A DNA stretch of 64,000 bases, taken from positions 39,122,001 through 39,186,000 of the forward strand of contig NC_045138.2 in assembly GCF_008831285.2 (NCBI RefSeq). The letters are read 5' to 3'. The first letter of the stretch is position 1. Every line of letters begins with the position of its first letter. Both the position numbers and the translations under genes were made by a program. Below the pieces are notes generated by a model, which saw only the letters and a list, made by a program, of their open reading frames with translations, was not told the origin of the DNA and did not search any database. The DNA comes from Nymphaea colorata (Eukaryota). Shown here piece after piece: positions 25,952-39,048 of the stretch.

Positions 25952-27930
25952 TGTATGATATTGTCATATGATTAAAAATAAAAAATTTGTTGTTAATATG
26001 ACACATACGCACACACACACATATATATATATATATAAAAAACAGTGATTCCATTATGTTTGATGACCAAAAATTAAAAATCAGTCAATAAAAGCACCAT
26101 AAACTATTATTGCATCATAACCCATCCTTAATACTCTTGTAATAACTAGTTTTAATGATAAACTATTAATTTTCATTGATCCGACAACATTTGAACCCCA
26201 ACTCCCCACTTCCCCACGTGTGTGGGGGGGGGAACGAGTAGGACCAGTTGACGAATTCTACAAATTTTGTTGTAAAATCTAATAAAGTGGATGTGTTGTG
26301 GCTAAAACTATGAAATTAACATAAATAGTCTGCTTTATAATCATATAGAAAAGATCATCAGCTAAAAATTTTGCGTCGAGTGATTATTATACTCCTACTA
26401 CAGTTTGAGTTACACACCTAAGAAATGTTATTTTATATGGCTTTGTAATGTTGTGGTCATAAGTCTGACATCAACATTGCATATTTTTCAAACAAATGTA
26501 AAAAAAGGCCGAGACCGAACACCGACTGGTCATTTGAAGGCATACGTGTTAAAATATGAAGGAACTGTCGATTTTCGTCAGGAAAAGAAAAATACCAAGA
26601 ATGAATCTCAATCAAATTGAGCCAAGACACAAAGCTCGGAAGCGGCCGAAATAAAATGTTCATGTTAAATGTTAAGATGTATTAGGTGCGGTAGTTAAAG
26701 ACGCAATCAAGTCAATTATGCTCAGCACTGTTCTGTTTGACTAGAACATTGGATACTTTTATGCACAGTGATCTTTGTAAATAATCACGGGAATGCCCAA
26801 TGATGCATCCCGTGTTTGCTAGGCAATGCAAGCCAAATAAAGGCAGAGTGCCAAAGTTCCTGCTCCGCCATTTTTGCGGCAATTCAAACAATTTATCCAA
26901 TGACATGTTTGGATAGCGGAGGAAACAGTTTGAAATGGATCTTTTGTTCATATTGAAAAAAAAAAAAGCACAACCTCGTCGTTTCTTTTGTAAAAACGTA
27001 CGCTTCAAAAAGTCCTGCCGGTAAGACAACGACAAAATGAACGCGGAAAAGGTTTGATGACCTTTTGTCTCGAACCCTTTCTGCACCCATTCAAACACGC
27101 CACACCTGAACGTTTTAAAGGTTCGAAGAATCTTGTTTTTGCAGCTTTACGCTGTCGCAAGGGTAACAAAAGGTAAAGGTGCCAATGATTTTGATTCAAA
27201 AAATCTACGTAAAAATGAAGACCGTGTTTGTTCGAATTCAGCATGTTGAAAGAAATTTGAGAGGACAAACCAATAAATTCAAAGACAAAGTATTACAGGC
27301 CGAACATGTACTATCGAGTTGTCCCCTTCAAAATTGCAGGGGAAGAAAGATGTAATGAAGGCAGACAAAGCTGCAAAACTCTCACCTGGAAACCCAAAAA
27401 CAATAGTAACCTGTTATATGTTTGGAGATTGGAAAACACGACGATTTGTCTTGGATAAATGGTCTACCAAGCTACACTAGCAATTACATCAACAGCTCTT
27501 CTTTTGTTTTTGTTTTTTTGTTTTTCCCCACCAGTTTTGATTCTAAAAGCAAGCTTTTAACATGGGGACAAAAGCCAGAAAATGTTTTCTCTCCAATGAA
27601 AATACTCTTCAAACAAAGTTTGTGTGCGATTTCAAAAAGTAACTAAAATATGCTATTGTAGCTAAAAGAAAACAAAAAGCAATTTTTCAATTGGGAGCCA
27701 TAGCAATCATTAAACAACTAAAGTTATCCCTCTCTGTTTGTCTCACAAAAAGCAACGAATTTTGCCAATGGCTGCCAAACAAGGCCACAACTTCTTCTTC
27801 TTTTTGTTTTTTTTTGGCGTATATTCTCAAGCCCCTTGCATGTAGATATACATAAAAGGTGAAGTAGTTCATAAGATTTGAATTTTGATTGCTTTTTAAA
27901 TAGTTAAAGTTCAATCCACCATAGAACTAT

Positions 27931-28176
27931 TTTTCGGGTGAGCGAGAGGATCATCCTACCGCATGAAGTCAAGGCCCTCCCCCCCCCCCCCAATTCCCTT
28001 TGTTTCTGAGGTCTTGAGCTATGTCGGTGTCAACAATAGAACGGTGCACTCTTTAATTTGGATATCGTGCTTTACCATTTTAAAACACATGAGCATAGCA
28101 CCCACAAGAATAAAATTAGATACATCCATTTATACAGACCCCTAACCTTACCAACTGCAGCTATGCCCCTTGACGC
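27931..28176 (-). mobile_element. tRNA-derived SINE, older diverged copy
   Basis: The reverse complement aligns end to end with the SINE at 28303-28542 (5' GC.TCAAGGGGCATAGC, internal GTGCACCGTT and TGACACCGAC..AGCTCA.GACC, 3' GCTCACCCGAAAA). Degenerate TSD CACCATAGAACT (27917-27928) / CACTATAGAACT (28177-28188). B box decayed. Confidence 0.85.
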
Positions 28177-28302
28177 CACTATAGAACTCTCAAGTTCAAC
28201 TCTGAACTATTTATTTTTTCCAATATTGGCATTTCAAAAAGATGGCTTGGTTTCGGTCATAATATGAAATGCTGTATTTAGGTCGCAAATGGGTCGAAAT
28301 AC

Positions 28303-28542
28303 GCCTCAAGGGGCATAGCGTAGCTGGTTGAGCTAGGGGCCTGTACTAAGGCAGGTCTCTAGTTCGATTCCCGTGGACGTTATGTTCCTGTGTCTTAAGG
28401 CGGTAGGGCGCGGCATCTAAGTTGAAGGGTGCACCGTTGCTATCGCTGACACCGACGCAGCTCAGGACCCCGGAGGCAGGGGGAATGGGGGGGCCTTCGG
28501 GCCTTTTTCGGGCGGTGGGATTAATACCCCTTGCTCACCCGA
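28303..28542 (+). mobile_element. tRNA-derived SINE, young full-length copy (240 bp)
   Basis: Pol III A box TAGCGTAGCTGG (about 28316), B box AGTTCGATTCC (about 28361), and a perfect 16-bp TSD AAATGGGTCGAAATAC (28287-28302, 28543-28558). Confidence 0.92.
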
Positions 28543-29086
28543 AAATGGGTCGAAATACAGTGCGTGGATTTTGGCACTTTTGGCAGCACCATATCCGATT
28601 CGAACCTGACCCGAGTCATGTTTAGCTGATTTGTGTTTGAGCCACTTGCAATCCCTGTATCTCTTTGTCAATATATAATTCGCATGTTAACAATGCAGCT
28701 ATTCTCTCGGATCGTTATAAATCAAACGGCTAACTTCTTCTCCATAGAATCCGTATGTCCCGAGCGAGCGGCAACCTTCGAGCTTGTTTGATTCTTGTTC
28801 CTGGGTTCCTTGGCGGTCCAGCTGGTCAGGAATAGCCTGCCTTTATGCACTGAGACACGTATGGAACGTGTATCCACTCGATTTGAAGTGCCCAAAACGA
28901 GCACGTTCTTTGTGCTCCTGTCCAGTGCTTGGGAGCCTTGGGCCTGGAACGTGTTCCACGCATTCAAACAAGCACATCCCGAACCAAATTACAGACGCCA
29001 TATCTTACCGAAACGCGACCATCTTCCTCCAGCCCACAGTAACTTTACGCAGTCCTATGTGCCCCAAGCTCGCGCCTGTTTTGATG

Positions 29087-29087
<1 letters not shown>

Positions 29088-29126
<39 letters not shown>
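29088..29126. repeat. (TA)n microsatellite
   Basis: Read directly from the sequence. Confidence 0.95.
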
Positions 29127-29131
<5 letters not shown>

Positions 29132-29356
29132 GGGCGTAACGAACGTTACTTGAGCACGTATCTCACGAACGGCCTGCTTGCCGTTCGATTTTCGTTTAAT
29201 TGGACGGCTCAGATGTTGCGTGACATCTCACACGTGAAACAACAGGGGTTCCGCCTGCGGGCGCCATTGCCCCACTCGACGTTCTCTCTCCTCAGCTTCG
29301 ACTCCTTCTCTTCGTTCTTCCCCCTTTCTCGCGCTGTGCCGTCCTGCCCTCAGGTG

Positions 29357-30300
29357 ATGCTCGCTGCCCCTGCAACCACTGTATCCGCCCCTCTCGCCGG
29401 TAAACGCCCCCATCTCTCCTCTCTGCGCCACTACTTTTTCCTCACATCAACTGCCCTCCCATCAAAGTCGAGCGTGAGCGACGGGAGACGCCATCGTCTC
29501 CGCCCACCTTGCAGGAAACGCCATCGTCATGCTGGCTTACAGACGGAAACAAAATTTGTCGAACACTTTCAAAACCTATAAAACGTATGACCTTGCAATA
29601 ATCTCGAGGAGAAATGAAACAAAGGAAATCATGGCAACGAAGGGAAAACGGCAGACGCAGGGCATGGTTCACGCGTGTAGGGGATGGGAACAACAAACCA
29701 GTTATGGTCTGTTGATGTCAGCTGTTAGGTCGCTGCAATGGACTGCACGGCAACAGGATGGATTTGGGGAATCTACTCGAGTTTCACTTACAGAACCTCC
29801 TGAAGAGGAGCTAGACCCTTGTAGAGATGTTTTATATCACGATGGTTCGATCTGTTCTTATGTCTGTATATCTGAATCAGCTGAAGGTAGACCTTGCGTT
29901 TGCATTTCCCTGTCATCCCATCCCTTTTTTTTTGTTCTGTTTTGGTGTCTGAAATTGGAAGGCATAGTATTTCGTGTCGACTTTGTTGAATTTGTGAAAC
30001 AATTTGTAGTACACAAAACTATGATGTGAGAACGTGGATCGTGACAACAGTTATAGCTACTAGTTATAATATGAACTATATGTGTGTATGATCCTAGTTT
30101 GCTGTGGGTGAATTCATTTTTATAGTTTTCTTTCTGATTCAACCTTTGTCTATTTGTCTTTCTTAGCAGATGCCTGAGCTTCTTTAGAAGTCACTTGCAG
30201 CAAAACTTCTTGTTGGCATGCCCTTTAAGCAAAACTTCAATACTTATTGCACGAGTTTGCATGGTTTACAAGGAAGTAAAACTAGTAGATCCCTGTGACA
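29357..30300 (+). pseudogene. Probable degraded gene or gene fragment with a transit-peptide-like N-terminus; parent unidentified
   Basis: Promoter-like region and CT-rich leader, then ATG 29357 encoding a Ser/Arg/Pro-rich MLAAPATTVSAPLAGKRPHLSSLRH... that stops at 29581. An exon-like block follows AG 29727-28 (SLQWTARQQDGFGESTRVSLTEPPEEELDPCRDVLYHDG). A further block after a polypyrimidine TAGCAG acceptor (30164-30169) reads QMPELL*KSLAAKLLVGMPFKQ, with an in-frame TAG at 30185. Confidence 0.4.
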
Positions 30301-32002
30301 GTGCCACTCAGTGTTGATTTGCTCTAATCTGGGGATGTTATTGAATGCTTTTAAGAAATTTCTGTGATCTTATTCCAGGTTGTCATCTAATACATTTAAC
30401 TACTTAGCAGAGGTTGGTCCTTAAAAAGACTGATAGATGTGAGTATAGGCATCTTGATTCCTTTGTCTGAGCAGCTAACAAATAACAAAGCCCTTGCCAC
30501 ACGCCATAGTTCTCTTTTTCTTAATTGATCAACCAAACATGGGATTGACTATCTTTGTCCTGTATTTTGTTTCCTTTCCTTCTATCTAAACAAAAATAAA
30601 AACTCATGTCTCATTACGAGTGCTTTATAAATCTATCTCAAATATTGATGAATATTCATAAAACTTTAAAACTTATATCCATGAATCTACTTTATATATT
30701 GGAGTATGTTCATAGACTGCTAATGTAGTGTTCATGGTCCAATCTTTTAAGGCAAATTCATAAAACACTAATATAGTGCTCATCCTTCTAAATGACTCTT
30801 AAAATTTCTTTTTGTTCTTAATATGAGGTCATGTTTTGTTCTTGGCAATGGTGTCCAAAGGCAAAACATTAAGTGGTTTGACTGATGGATGTGTAGACAA
30901 TGGGTTGTCAGTTTGATTCCTATAGGTGTTAGGTGCTATTAAAATTGAACTGTATACCGTAAGACCATTCATATCGTAGGACCATTCATATCTTAAAGCA
31001 GACAGGATGGAGGTTGACTTTCCCCTCTCTGCGTGCTATACATGTGGTGGCGATGGTACACTAGAAAAGTTATTATGTGTAAAAGTTTTTCATAAGAAAT
31101 AGAGATAATTATACATATATCGATGTGGCAATGGGACACCATATCTCTAACATCCCAAATAAGGTAAACAAAGGTTTTCAAGTTAATTAAACAGCAAATT
31201 GAGGCAAAAAGGTTTGGAAATTTCGGATTAATTTTGTTTTGGTTAAAGAAAGTCACAGGTCAGACGAGGACGTTCAATCAAATTGTGGTTAGACGTGCAC
31301 CACAACTTTTTCCTTATCTGAACAAGATGAACTGAGTGAATGAAATATTTATTAGCTATAATATTTCAATATTTTCCGAAGGAAAGGGTTAAATTTTATA
31401 TGGTTTTAACATTGTCAACCATTTTGTGCTCTACACAATGCCATTGCAATAAACTCTCGAATCAAATTGGTTAGCAAAAAGATAAATCGGTGAATCCGAA
31501 TGCTTTGTGAATCATATCTATTAAGTCTACATGTTTGAAATGGCGATAGAAAAGAAAACAAATTAAAAAAAATATGAAATAAATTAAAAATCTTCAAACC
31601 ATTTTAAAACAAGCATCTAAACAAAATTACTTGTTAAAATTTTCTATTAATAAGCGTCACACTTTTCACAAAAATAGTTAAACAAACGCTTAAACTAGGG
31701 GAATTCAACCGATTCAATTTGCCAATTTTTTGATCCGGCTCGATCAAGTCGCCCGTCCATTTGAATCGGCCGATTCAGGCTGATTTTGAAGGCTTGATGC
31801 TAAAATGATGCTGGCGGTGTTTCAATTAGTTTAACGCTAAATCCAGTTTCTAACGTTATTTTTAGGGGCCATCCCGAGATTTACGAAGCTCGCTTATTTA
31901 AGGAAAAGAAAAGGGGAAAAAAAAAGAAATACGTTTCTTTTTAATCGCCGAAGGACGAGTCCAAAGAAACACGAAGGAAAGCAGTACTAGGATCCAAACG
32001 AT

Positions 32003-32209
32003 GCCACGTGTCTGCCAACTCTTCACCCGCGACAGGACGCCCCGGGAGGCGGTTCTCACTCGCTAATCATACGATCCCTCTCTCCCCCACACCCCCCTTC
32101 TCTCTCTCTCTCTCTCTCTCTCGCGGCTTCTCTCTGTCCCTGACGGGAGAGGCTCTTGTACTTTCTTCCCTCGTCGCCATCATCCAACGATCTCGATTTC
32201 GACGCGGAG
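32003..32209 (+). promoter_or_regulatory. PP2C proximal promoter and non-coding first exon
   Basis: G-box/ABRE GCCACGTGTC at 32003-32012, (CT)n leader at about 32099-32122, donor GAG|GTATTG at 32209/32210. Confidence 0.55.
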
Positions 32210-33787
32210 GTATTGGTACGCTTCCCGATCATGATTTTGAAAGATCGGTGTTTTTGAAGCTTGGGAGTAGAGTTGTTTCTTTCTCACATCTGGATAATCT
32301 TGCTTTCGGATTGTCTCTGCGGAGATTTTTGACGGATCGTCTGCTTCTGAGATCCTTGAGTTTCATCGTCTTTGCCGGAATAGTTTGCGGATCTCTGCGT
32401 AAGCGCCCTGGCTTTTGCTTCTTATTTTATTTTTTTTAATCCGGAGCGATCTTGTTTCGGATGATCCGGGCTTTAGGTGTTATTTGTTGAATCGAGCAAA
32501 GATAGCAGGAGTTTATTATCGGTATTGATGGTCTTTTGTTCGGGAAAGTTTCTTTGTGTGCCTGTGTTTGCGAGTCCGTGCTTAGTGGATCTGACCTAGA
32601 ATGTGCTTCTTTTATTTTATTTTTTCCCCCCATATAGTGCGTGGGTGGGTTCTAAAAAGGAAATTTGGTGGCTTTCCTTTTTACTTTGATATTGTGGTTG
32701 GGATGCTTTTTGTTTCATGTCGATAATGGTGGAGAGCCGTAGTTGCAAGCTTTCTTTGCCTATAAATGCGTCTTAACGCTTGTACAGATTTGGATCAGTC
32801 GTGTCGCTGGAATCGTCGTTCTTTCGAGTGACAAATTTTGGTGCATTACAAGTCGCTGGTTGTCGAAGCTCTTGAATGACGTATTTATCATCTTAATACC
32901 GAGGCTTAATGTTGTTTCTCCCAGTGAACAGGCCACGTACTCTGGCAACGGCATTCATCAAACTGTGAAATAACCAGGAACAATATATGAGTCAACTGGA
33001 CAGGATGACATCAATGACATGCACATACTTAGTAGAAATGCTAATCTTTTAGTCTTGCCTACATGTTTTCTGTAGAGGACGAACAGGCAGATTCTGTATG
33101 GTGTATTGGCCATGCACAAGCCTTTTTCTAAAGCTTAAAAATCAATGTCTCCAAATTTGTTCATTTCTTCATTTCAAAGATCGATTTGAATGTTCTTTTC
33201 GTTTTCAGTTGATCCTTAGTTTCAATCAAAAGACCATTCTGGACTCATCCAGGCGGTCTGAGCTGCCATAATATTATGCGTGAATAGTGGCAGGACCAAC
33301 AGTAAAATAAAGATCAGTTAATACTAAAACAAAAAGTCTACATGTAAGTGAATAAATGCTGTCTGGAAATTTCAGGTGAGAGCATGGGAGGAAACCTTTT
33401 TTTGCCTCTCTCTATCTCTCTCGACAAGGTGGACATTACAGGGCGATCCTCCAGGACAGGGTAGCACAGATCCAGGTTAGGGTGGTCCCTCTTGTTTTTT
33501 GTCAGACAGACATTCTCAAGCCTGGTAGAGAAGTGTCACCCTGAGCCCAATATAGCCGCTCCTCTGTATGCATTGCATGGTCTCGTCAGATTCTTGGATG
33601 CTACTTTCTCCATAACTGTCAATTTCTTTAATTTGTTTAGCACACAAAAAAACACTGCATCTGTGATTTGATTTTACTGGAGGCTTGACGCTTTGTGATT
33701 ATTTTATTTACTGAAATCCAATAGCAAGTTCCGAATCTCTTGATGCAGTCCTATTTCATCAGTGCAGGCCATTTTCATATGATTTAG

Positions 33788-36700
33788 ATGGTATGCTACT
33801 CCATATTAAAGACGGTCTCTGCTCCGTTGGGCCATTTTATCAATTTTTTGAGGCCGCAAGTTCACACCAGGGGTTTTAGGAGGAATTTTGATGAAAGATT
33901 TGGAGATCCACATCCTGTTGTTCTTAGAATTAAGGGACTCAGAATGATGATTGATTCAGGGAAGCCAGTTGAATCTGGAGTAGCTAATGTGCTACCAGAG
34001 AAAGAAGATGTAATTTATGGTGATTTTGCAAGTGGCGGGTGGAAGAGGTTCTAACCTACAATTCCTCTCAGTTTTTCTGTTTCTAACTCTCTGAGTCTCT
34101 TATTTTTATATGGCATAGTATTTGTCCAGGTGAATTCACAATAAGTTCCTCTATATCGCTTGTTTTAGTTGGTATTTTTGACTTAAGGTTTGTTTACCTG
34201 TTTTGTTTTCTTGTTCTCTTCCCTTCTTCCTAGCAGCATGCTCCCAGTTGAGCAGGAAGCTGGATATCTTCGTAACGTGCTTTTCATAGAGTTTCTGTTT
34301 GTTGAGACAACCTGATTGTCTTTCTGAAATTTTGCATTTCACGTGTTGTACACAAATTTTTTCTCTCCAGGGAAGTCAGGGTTTAGGTGGATTAGATTTC
34401 AGACAGAGTAAAAGTAGATGTGTTTGAAATTTTGAAATTAAAACTCACCCTATGGATACACGTAGAAATAAAATATTATATATGCATGTGGGAGGGTAGA
34501 CTGAATACTATGCATCTATAATGTCAACAAAGTGTCCTGATCTTGGGTCATCTATTTTTGGGATGGTGGTCCTTGCACACCAAAAATGATCAAGGTTGAG
34601 TTGTTGCTGCAATTTAACAGTGTTGATGCTTATAGTGGTCAAAGGTCGTGCAGAATGTGCATGACACTCAAGCACATAATGCTAATGTTTTCAATCAGAT
34701 CTCAGCCTCATCGTTTTTGCTGGTTATCATAGGATATAAAGTCATAGTCTATCTGACAAGTAGTGGTGGTTGTGCACAGCATATGCAGATGAGATCTGTT
34801 GGTTGAAAGAACAGACATGATATTTAAGCACAAGTTAGTGTTAAATGGGCAAAATGGATGGCGTAATCAATTTTGTGGATTTCAATTAACGCCTTGGCTA
34901 GATGTTAATTGGTTAAGGAAGTAGTTTTTAGGGGGGATTCATAGCCGCATTGAGCTGTCGTCAATGGTTTCTAAGTATAGTCAATTAGATCTCTTTGATG
35001 GTCCATGTTATATGGTCGAGGATATTAGAGTAATACTAGATCCATTTAATTCGTGTCTTGAATAGTCTTCAGGAAATATAATTTATGTAATTATATCTCT
35101 TCTTTCGTGTATGCTTTCCTTCACTCTGTTTCATTCACGCTCACTTTTGATCCTTTTGCGTCTGCAGCGAAGATGGGAGCATCAGCTGTGGATATTCTAG
35201 TTTTAGGGGAAAGAGAATCAACATGGAAGATTTTTACGATGTTAAAATATCCAAGATTGATGGGAAGACTGTTTGCTTATTTGGGATTTTTGATGGTTGG
35301 TTTTTCTTTTCTAACATTTCTAATCTTCTTCATGTGGTTATCAATTTATCACTGGCATATTTCCTCGTAAAATTTCGATCTGGACTTTAGTGTTTAAGCT
35401 TTCCCTTTATCTGTGCAGGCCATGGTGGTTCTCGTGCTGCTGAATATTTAAAGGAACATCTATTCGAGAATCTAATGAAGCACCCACAGTTCATTACTGA
35501 CACAAAATTGGCTATAAGTGTGTTATATTCTTTATGCCTTATTATTGTGTCTTTTCAAACAAGCTATCATGCAATGATTGTCTATCTTGATAGGGACTGT
35601 CCGAAGCCTGTCTTTTTTCCTTAACTGCCTTTCTGCTGGCTGCAGGCGAGACCTACCAAAAGACTGACGCAGAGTTCTTGGAAGCTGAAAGCAATACTTT
35701 CAGGGATGATGGTTCAACAGCATCCACAGCGGTATTGGTTGGTAGCCACTTATATGTTGCAAATGTTGGAGATTCACGCACGGTTATATCTAAGGCAGGA
35801 AAAGGTGTGTCTCTGTTATTTTTGCAATAAATTATAGGTATTAGAATTATCAGGTTGGTGTTCTGAATCTTGCTTGAAACTCTCTCTCTCTCTCTCTCTT
35901 ATATGTTTTCCTACCATCTGAAGCAGCTTACACCTGCAAATTCTTGCTAGATAAGCAATCCTTATACCTGATACATTTAGAAGCATGCTCATCTTTTCTT
36001 TGAAGCCACAGCTATTCAATCTGTAGAAATGGTGTCACAATGCTTGCCAACTATTCTTTTTCACATTCTTTCTCAAAGCAGGTAGTCCTTTTCTTCTAAG
36101 AAAGTTGTCCAACCTACTCTAAAAGTGTCCATCTTACACAATCGACTTATCTTTTAGCCTATTCGTTTTGGAAGGTTTAACGTGTTCAATTCAAGTCTGC
36201 CTTCATGAAGCTTAACTCCAATGGTTAGTCTCCTTCCAGTGTCTCCTCAAAGCATATATATAGATTGTAGAACAATCCCAAGTCTGGAATTGCATGGTTC
36301 TCTTGTTTGGTAAACATCAGATGTTTTTCCTATGGCATAAGGTGAGTAACGAGGGTTGCATGTTTGCCTTGGATGAGTATAATTGCATTGCTTGGTGTAT
36401 GATTCTATGAAGGTGAATAAGTTTGTCTAAGTCCGAAAGATCATATCATATTAGTATTTTAAAATGCTGGGAACATGGATATGCTTGTCAGTTTGAAGTA
36501 GATAGCCTCTCATCATCTCATGAATCTGCAACTTCCCACAAAATCTTGTACTCGACAAACTTTGTTTCTCTGATGAAGTCGCTATATGCAGAACCAAACG
36601 AAGGTTGAACTCAGTTATGCTTAACCATCTCTACTAGCATATCCTACTAATGCTTCCCTTTGATCTAATAACCTCTTCAGTTATTTTGCGAGTCAGCTGC

Positions 36701-39048
36701 TGTTGTTAGGTTATTGATGAGTACAATCTTGTAAAATCTGTAACATGACCCAGTCCGCAGTTAGATAAGACTGATAAGTACATACAAAGAAGTTACAAAT
36801 TTAATTTTTAGTATTAAAAATACACAAAAATAATCAAAATAAGAAAAATACAGAGCAAAAAAAAATTAGGATTCTCTATATGGAACAGGCATGGATTGTG
36901 TAACACAAGAAAACAATAATTATGTACTACTACATCATGCATACTTTCATTGGAAATAATAAAAATGGATCAGTTAAATTACTCCCACTTTCACTAGTAA
37001 TAATTTTTTGTTATGTATGACTTGCTCCTTGGAGTCTTTAATTAACTCAATTGTTAACGTTTAATTTTTTATTTTTAACAGACTTGAGCCCTTACTGGAA
37101 AGGCCAGGAAGGCTCCAATTTGCTTGCACAAAATTAGCCGTAGTTTTTTTTTTTTTGGTAAAACTATAAATGTGTGAGAATCTGTTAATCAAATAAGCAC
37201 CGTTTATTATGTGGCTATTATTTGTTGTTTGGATCTGGATATGAATCCAATCCGACCTGTACAATGACCGTGCTATCATTCTTGTAAATACCCATTACTC
37301 ATAAGGGTATTTCAGAGATGTATCTTTTTTCTCATTTGGGCACGCCTCTCATAATGATTCTTATTGACCAACGGCTCCCTTATCAGAAGTTTTTTTATTC
37401 CTTGATATGATTAGTTAGTAATAATGCCGGCAAAATTGACCCGTTGGATCTAGCAATACAATTAGGAGAATACCTTCGGTTTGAGAATTACTTTGTAGCT
37501 AGTACAAACCCGAAGACTGTAAAGTTGAACATAAGAGAGAGAGTGAGAGAGAGAGAGCGAGAGCGAACTGCATTTATTTGCCAATTTTGATGTATGGTGT
37601 TGCTTTTTCTTGATTTTTTTTTTCTATACAAATATTTTAAGTTTGATTAAGAGAAGATCCCTTAGTGAGGGGAAAATTTTCAGTATTTGATAACTGTCTT
37701 GTTCATTTATCTGAGAAGTTCTGTTGTTCTTTGCAGCAATTCCTCTTTCTGAGGACCATAAGCCAAATAGAAGTGATGAGCGCAAAAGAATTGAAAATGC
37801 TGGAGGAGTTGTCCTGTGGGCAGGTAGGCTTTGAATGGCGTGCTCTAAAATTTATCTGGAATCCTTGTACAATTTGCCTTGGGATGTGAAAAGGTTTCAA
37901 ACCTTGCCATTTTGTTCCATAGGTACATGGAGGGTTGGAGGTGTTCTGGCAATGTCTCGTGCATTTGGTAACCGTCTATTGAAACAATTTGTTGTTGCGG
38001 AGCCTGAGATCCAGGTTAATATGATGCGTTTACCTTATTCCTTACCTTCTTTTATGCTCAATGTCAAAAAAGGGGATCGTATTCTATGTTTTCTTGTGCA
38101 GTTCCATAGCAGGATTTCCCAAGTCCGAACTGGAAAATTGCAAATAAGCAGTAAATAGGAGAAAATGAACTTTTGCTTGAATTATACTTAAGACTATCCC
38201 TGATTTCGATTGTTCATCTCTTCGAACTTTGCTTATTCAGGCTTTTCCCCTTGGAGGGGCCCATCCAATTTACTGTTTGGACCTGGTTATCAAGCTTTAT
38301 TAGGCCATGTAAACTGCATCTTGTCAAGTTGTACTCCCAAGGAAAGTGCTAGAATACTGTTGAAAATATTGATTACTTTCTCCTCTACGTAGTACAGTCA
38401 GAGAGCGTTTTCGCTAAAGTTTCAAGAAAAGCAAATTGTCTAATAATTTAGCATGTGTACGTTTTCCTCCACAGACAAACACGCACATGAACACTTGTGG
38501 AAAGATTGAATCACTGTGCTTATTCTCTTTTAAATTATCTTTTGTAGTTTTGAGATATACACTAGACTGTGTGATGTGATGTTTTTCCGTTGCAGCGATT
38601 GTTTATTGCTATCTTAAGCGAGTGTCTGTGTCGAGATTGGCAGTGACTGATAGTATTGATGCAGGAAGAAGAGGTTGACAAGGAGTTGGAATTTCTGGTG
38701 ATCGCTAGCGATGGATTGTGGGATGTAGTTCCAAACGAGGTGAAGTTACCTTCCTGTCCGCTGCTTTATGCATTCATGGTTATAGGGTCCAAGACCTTAA
38801 TTTGAATTTTTCTGCCTCGGCTAATCTTTGGGTAGCTGACAAGCTCTCTCTCTCTCTTTTTCTCATATGATTGGTTGCTTGTCCCTGAATAGGATGCTGT
38901 GTCGCTGGTGAGGACAATTGAGGAGCCGGAGCAAGCGGCTCGAAAATTGACAGAGACTGCGTTTACGCGAGGGAGTGCAGATAACATCACGTGTGTGGTT
39001 GTCAGATTTCACCATGATGCACCAGATGATCCCGTTTGTTCTGAATAG
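33788..39048 (+). CDS. Protein phosphatase 2C, clade F (Arabidopsis PP2C76/At5g53140-like), 351 aa
   Basis: Exons 33788-34047, 35168-35295, 35419-35517, 35646-35804, 37737-37823, 37923-38014, 38665-38739, 38893-39048. All GT-AG, 1056 nt. Motifs [72 protein letters not shown]-terminal extension MVC...MMID...GGWK. Confidence 0.95.

Noticed and set aside
28303..28380. tRNA gene
   Set aside because: A and B boxes are present but I could not fold a proper cloverleaf; the sequence continues into a repeated body flanked by a TSD, so it is a SINE head.
31983..31993. 5S rRNA or Cassandra-like AGTACTAGGAT
   Set aside because: An 11-nt match only; the flanks do not follow 5S rRNA.
36570..36600. Other CTGATGA hammerhead-core matches (36570 plus strand; 7643-7649 minus strand)
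   Set aside because: No correctly placed GAAA, stem III or UH downstream.
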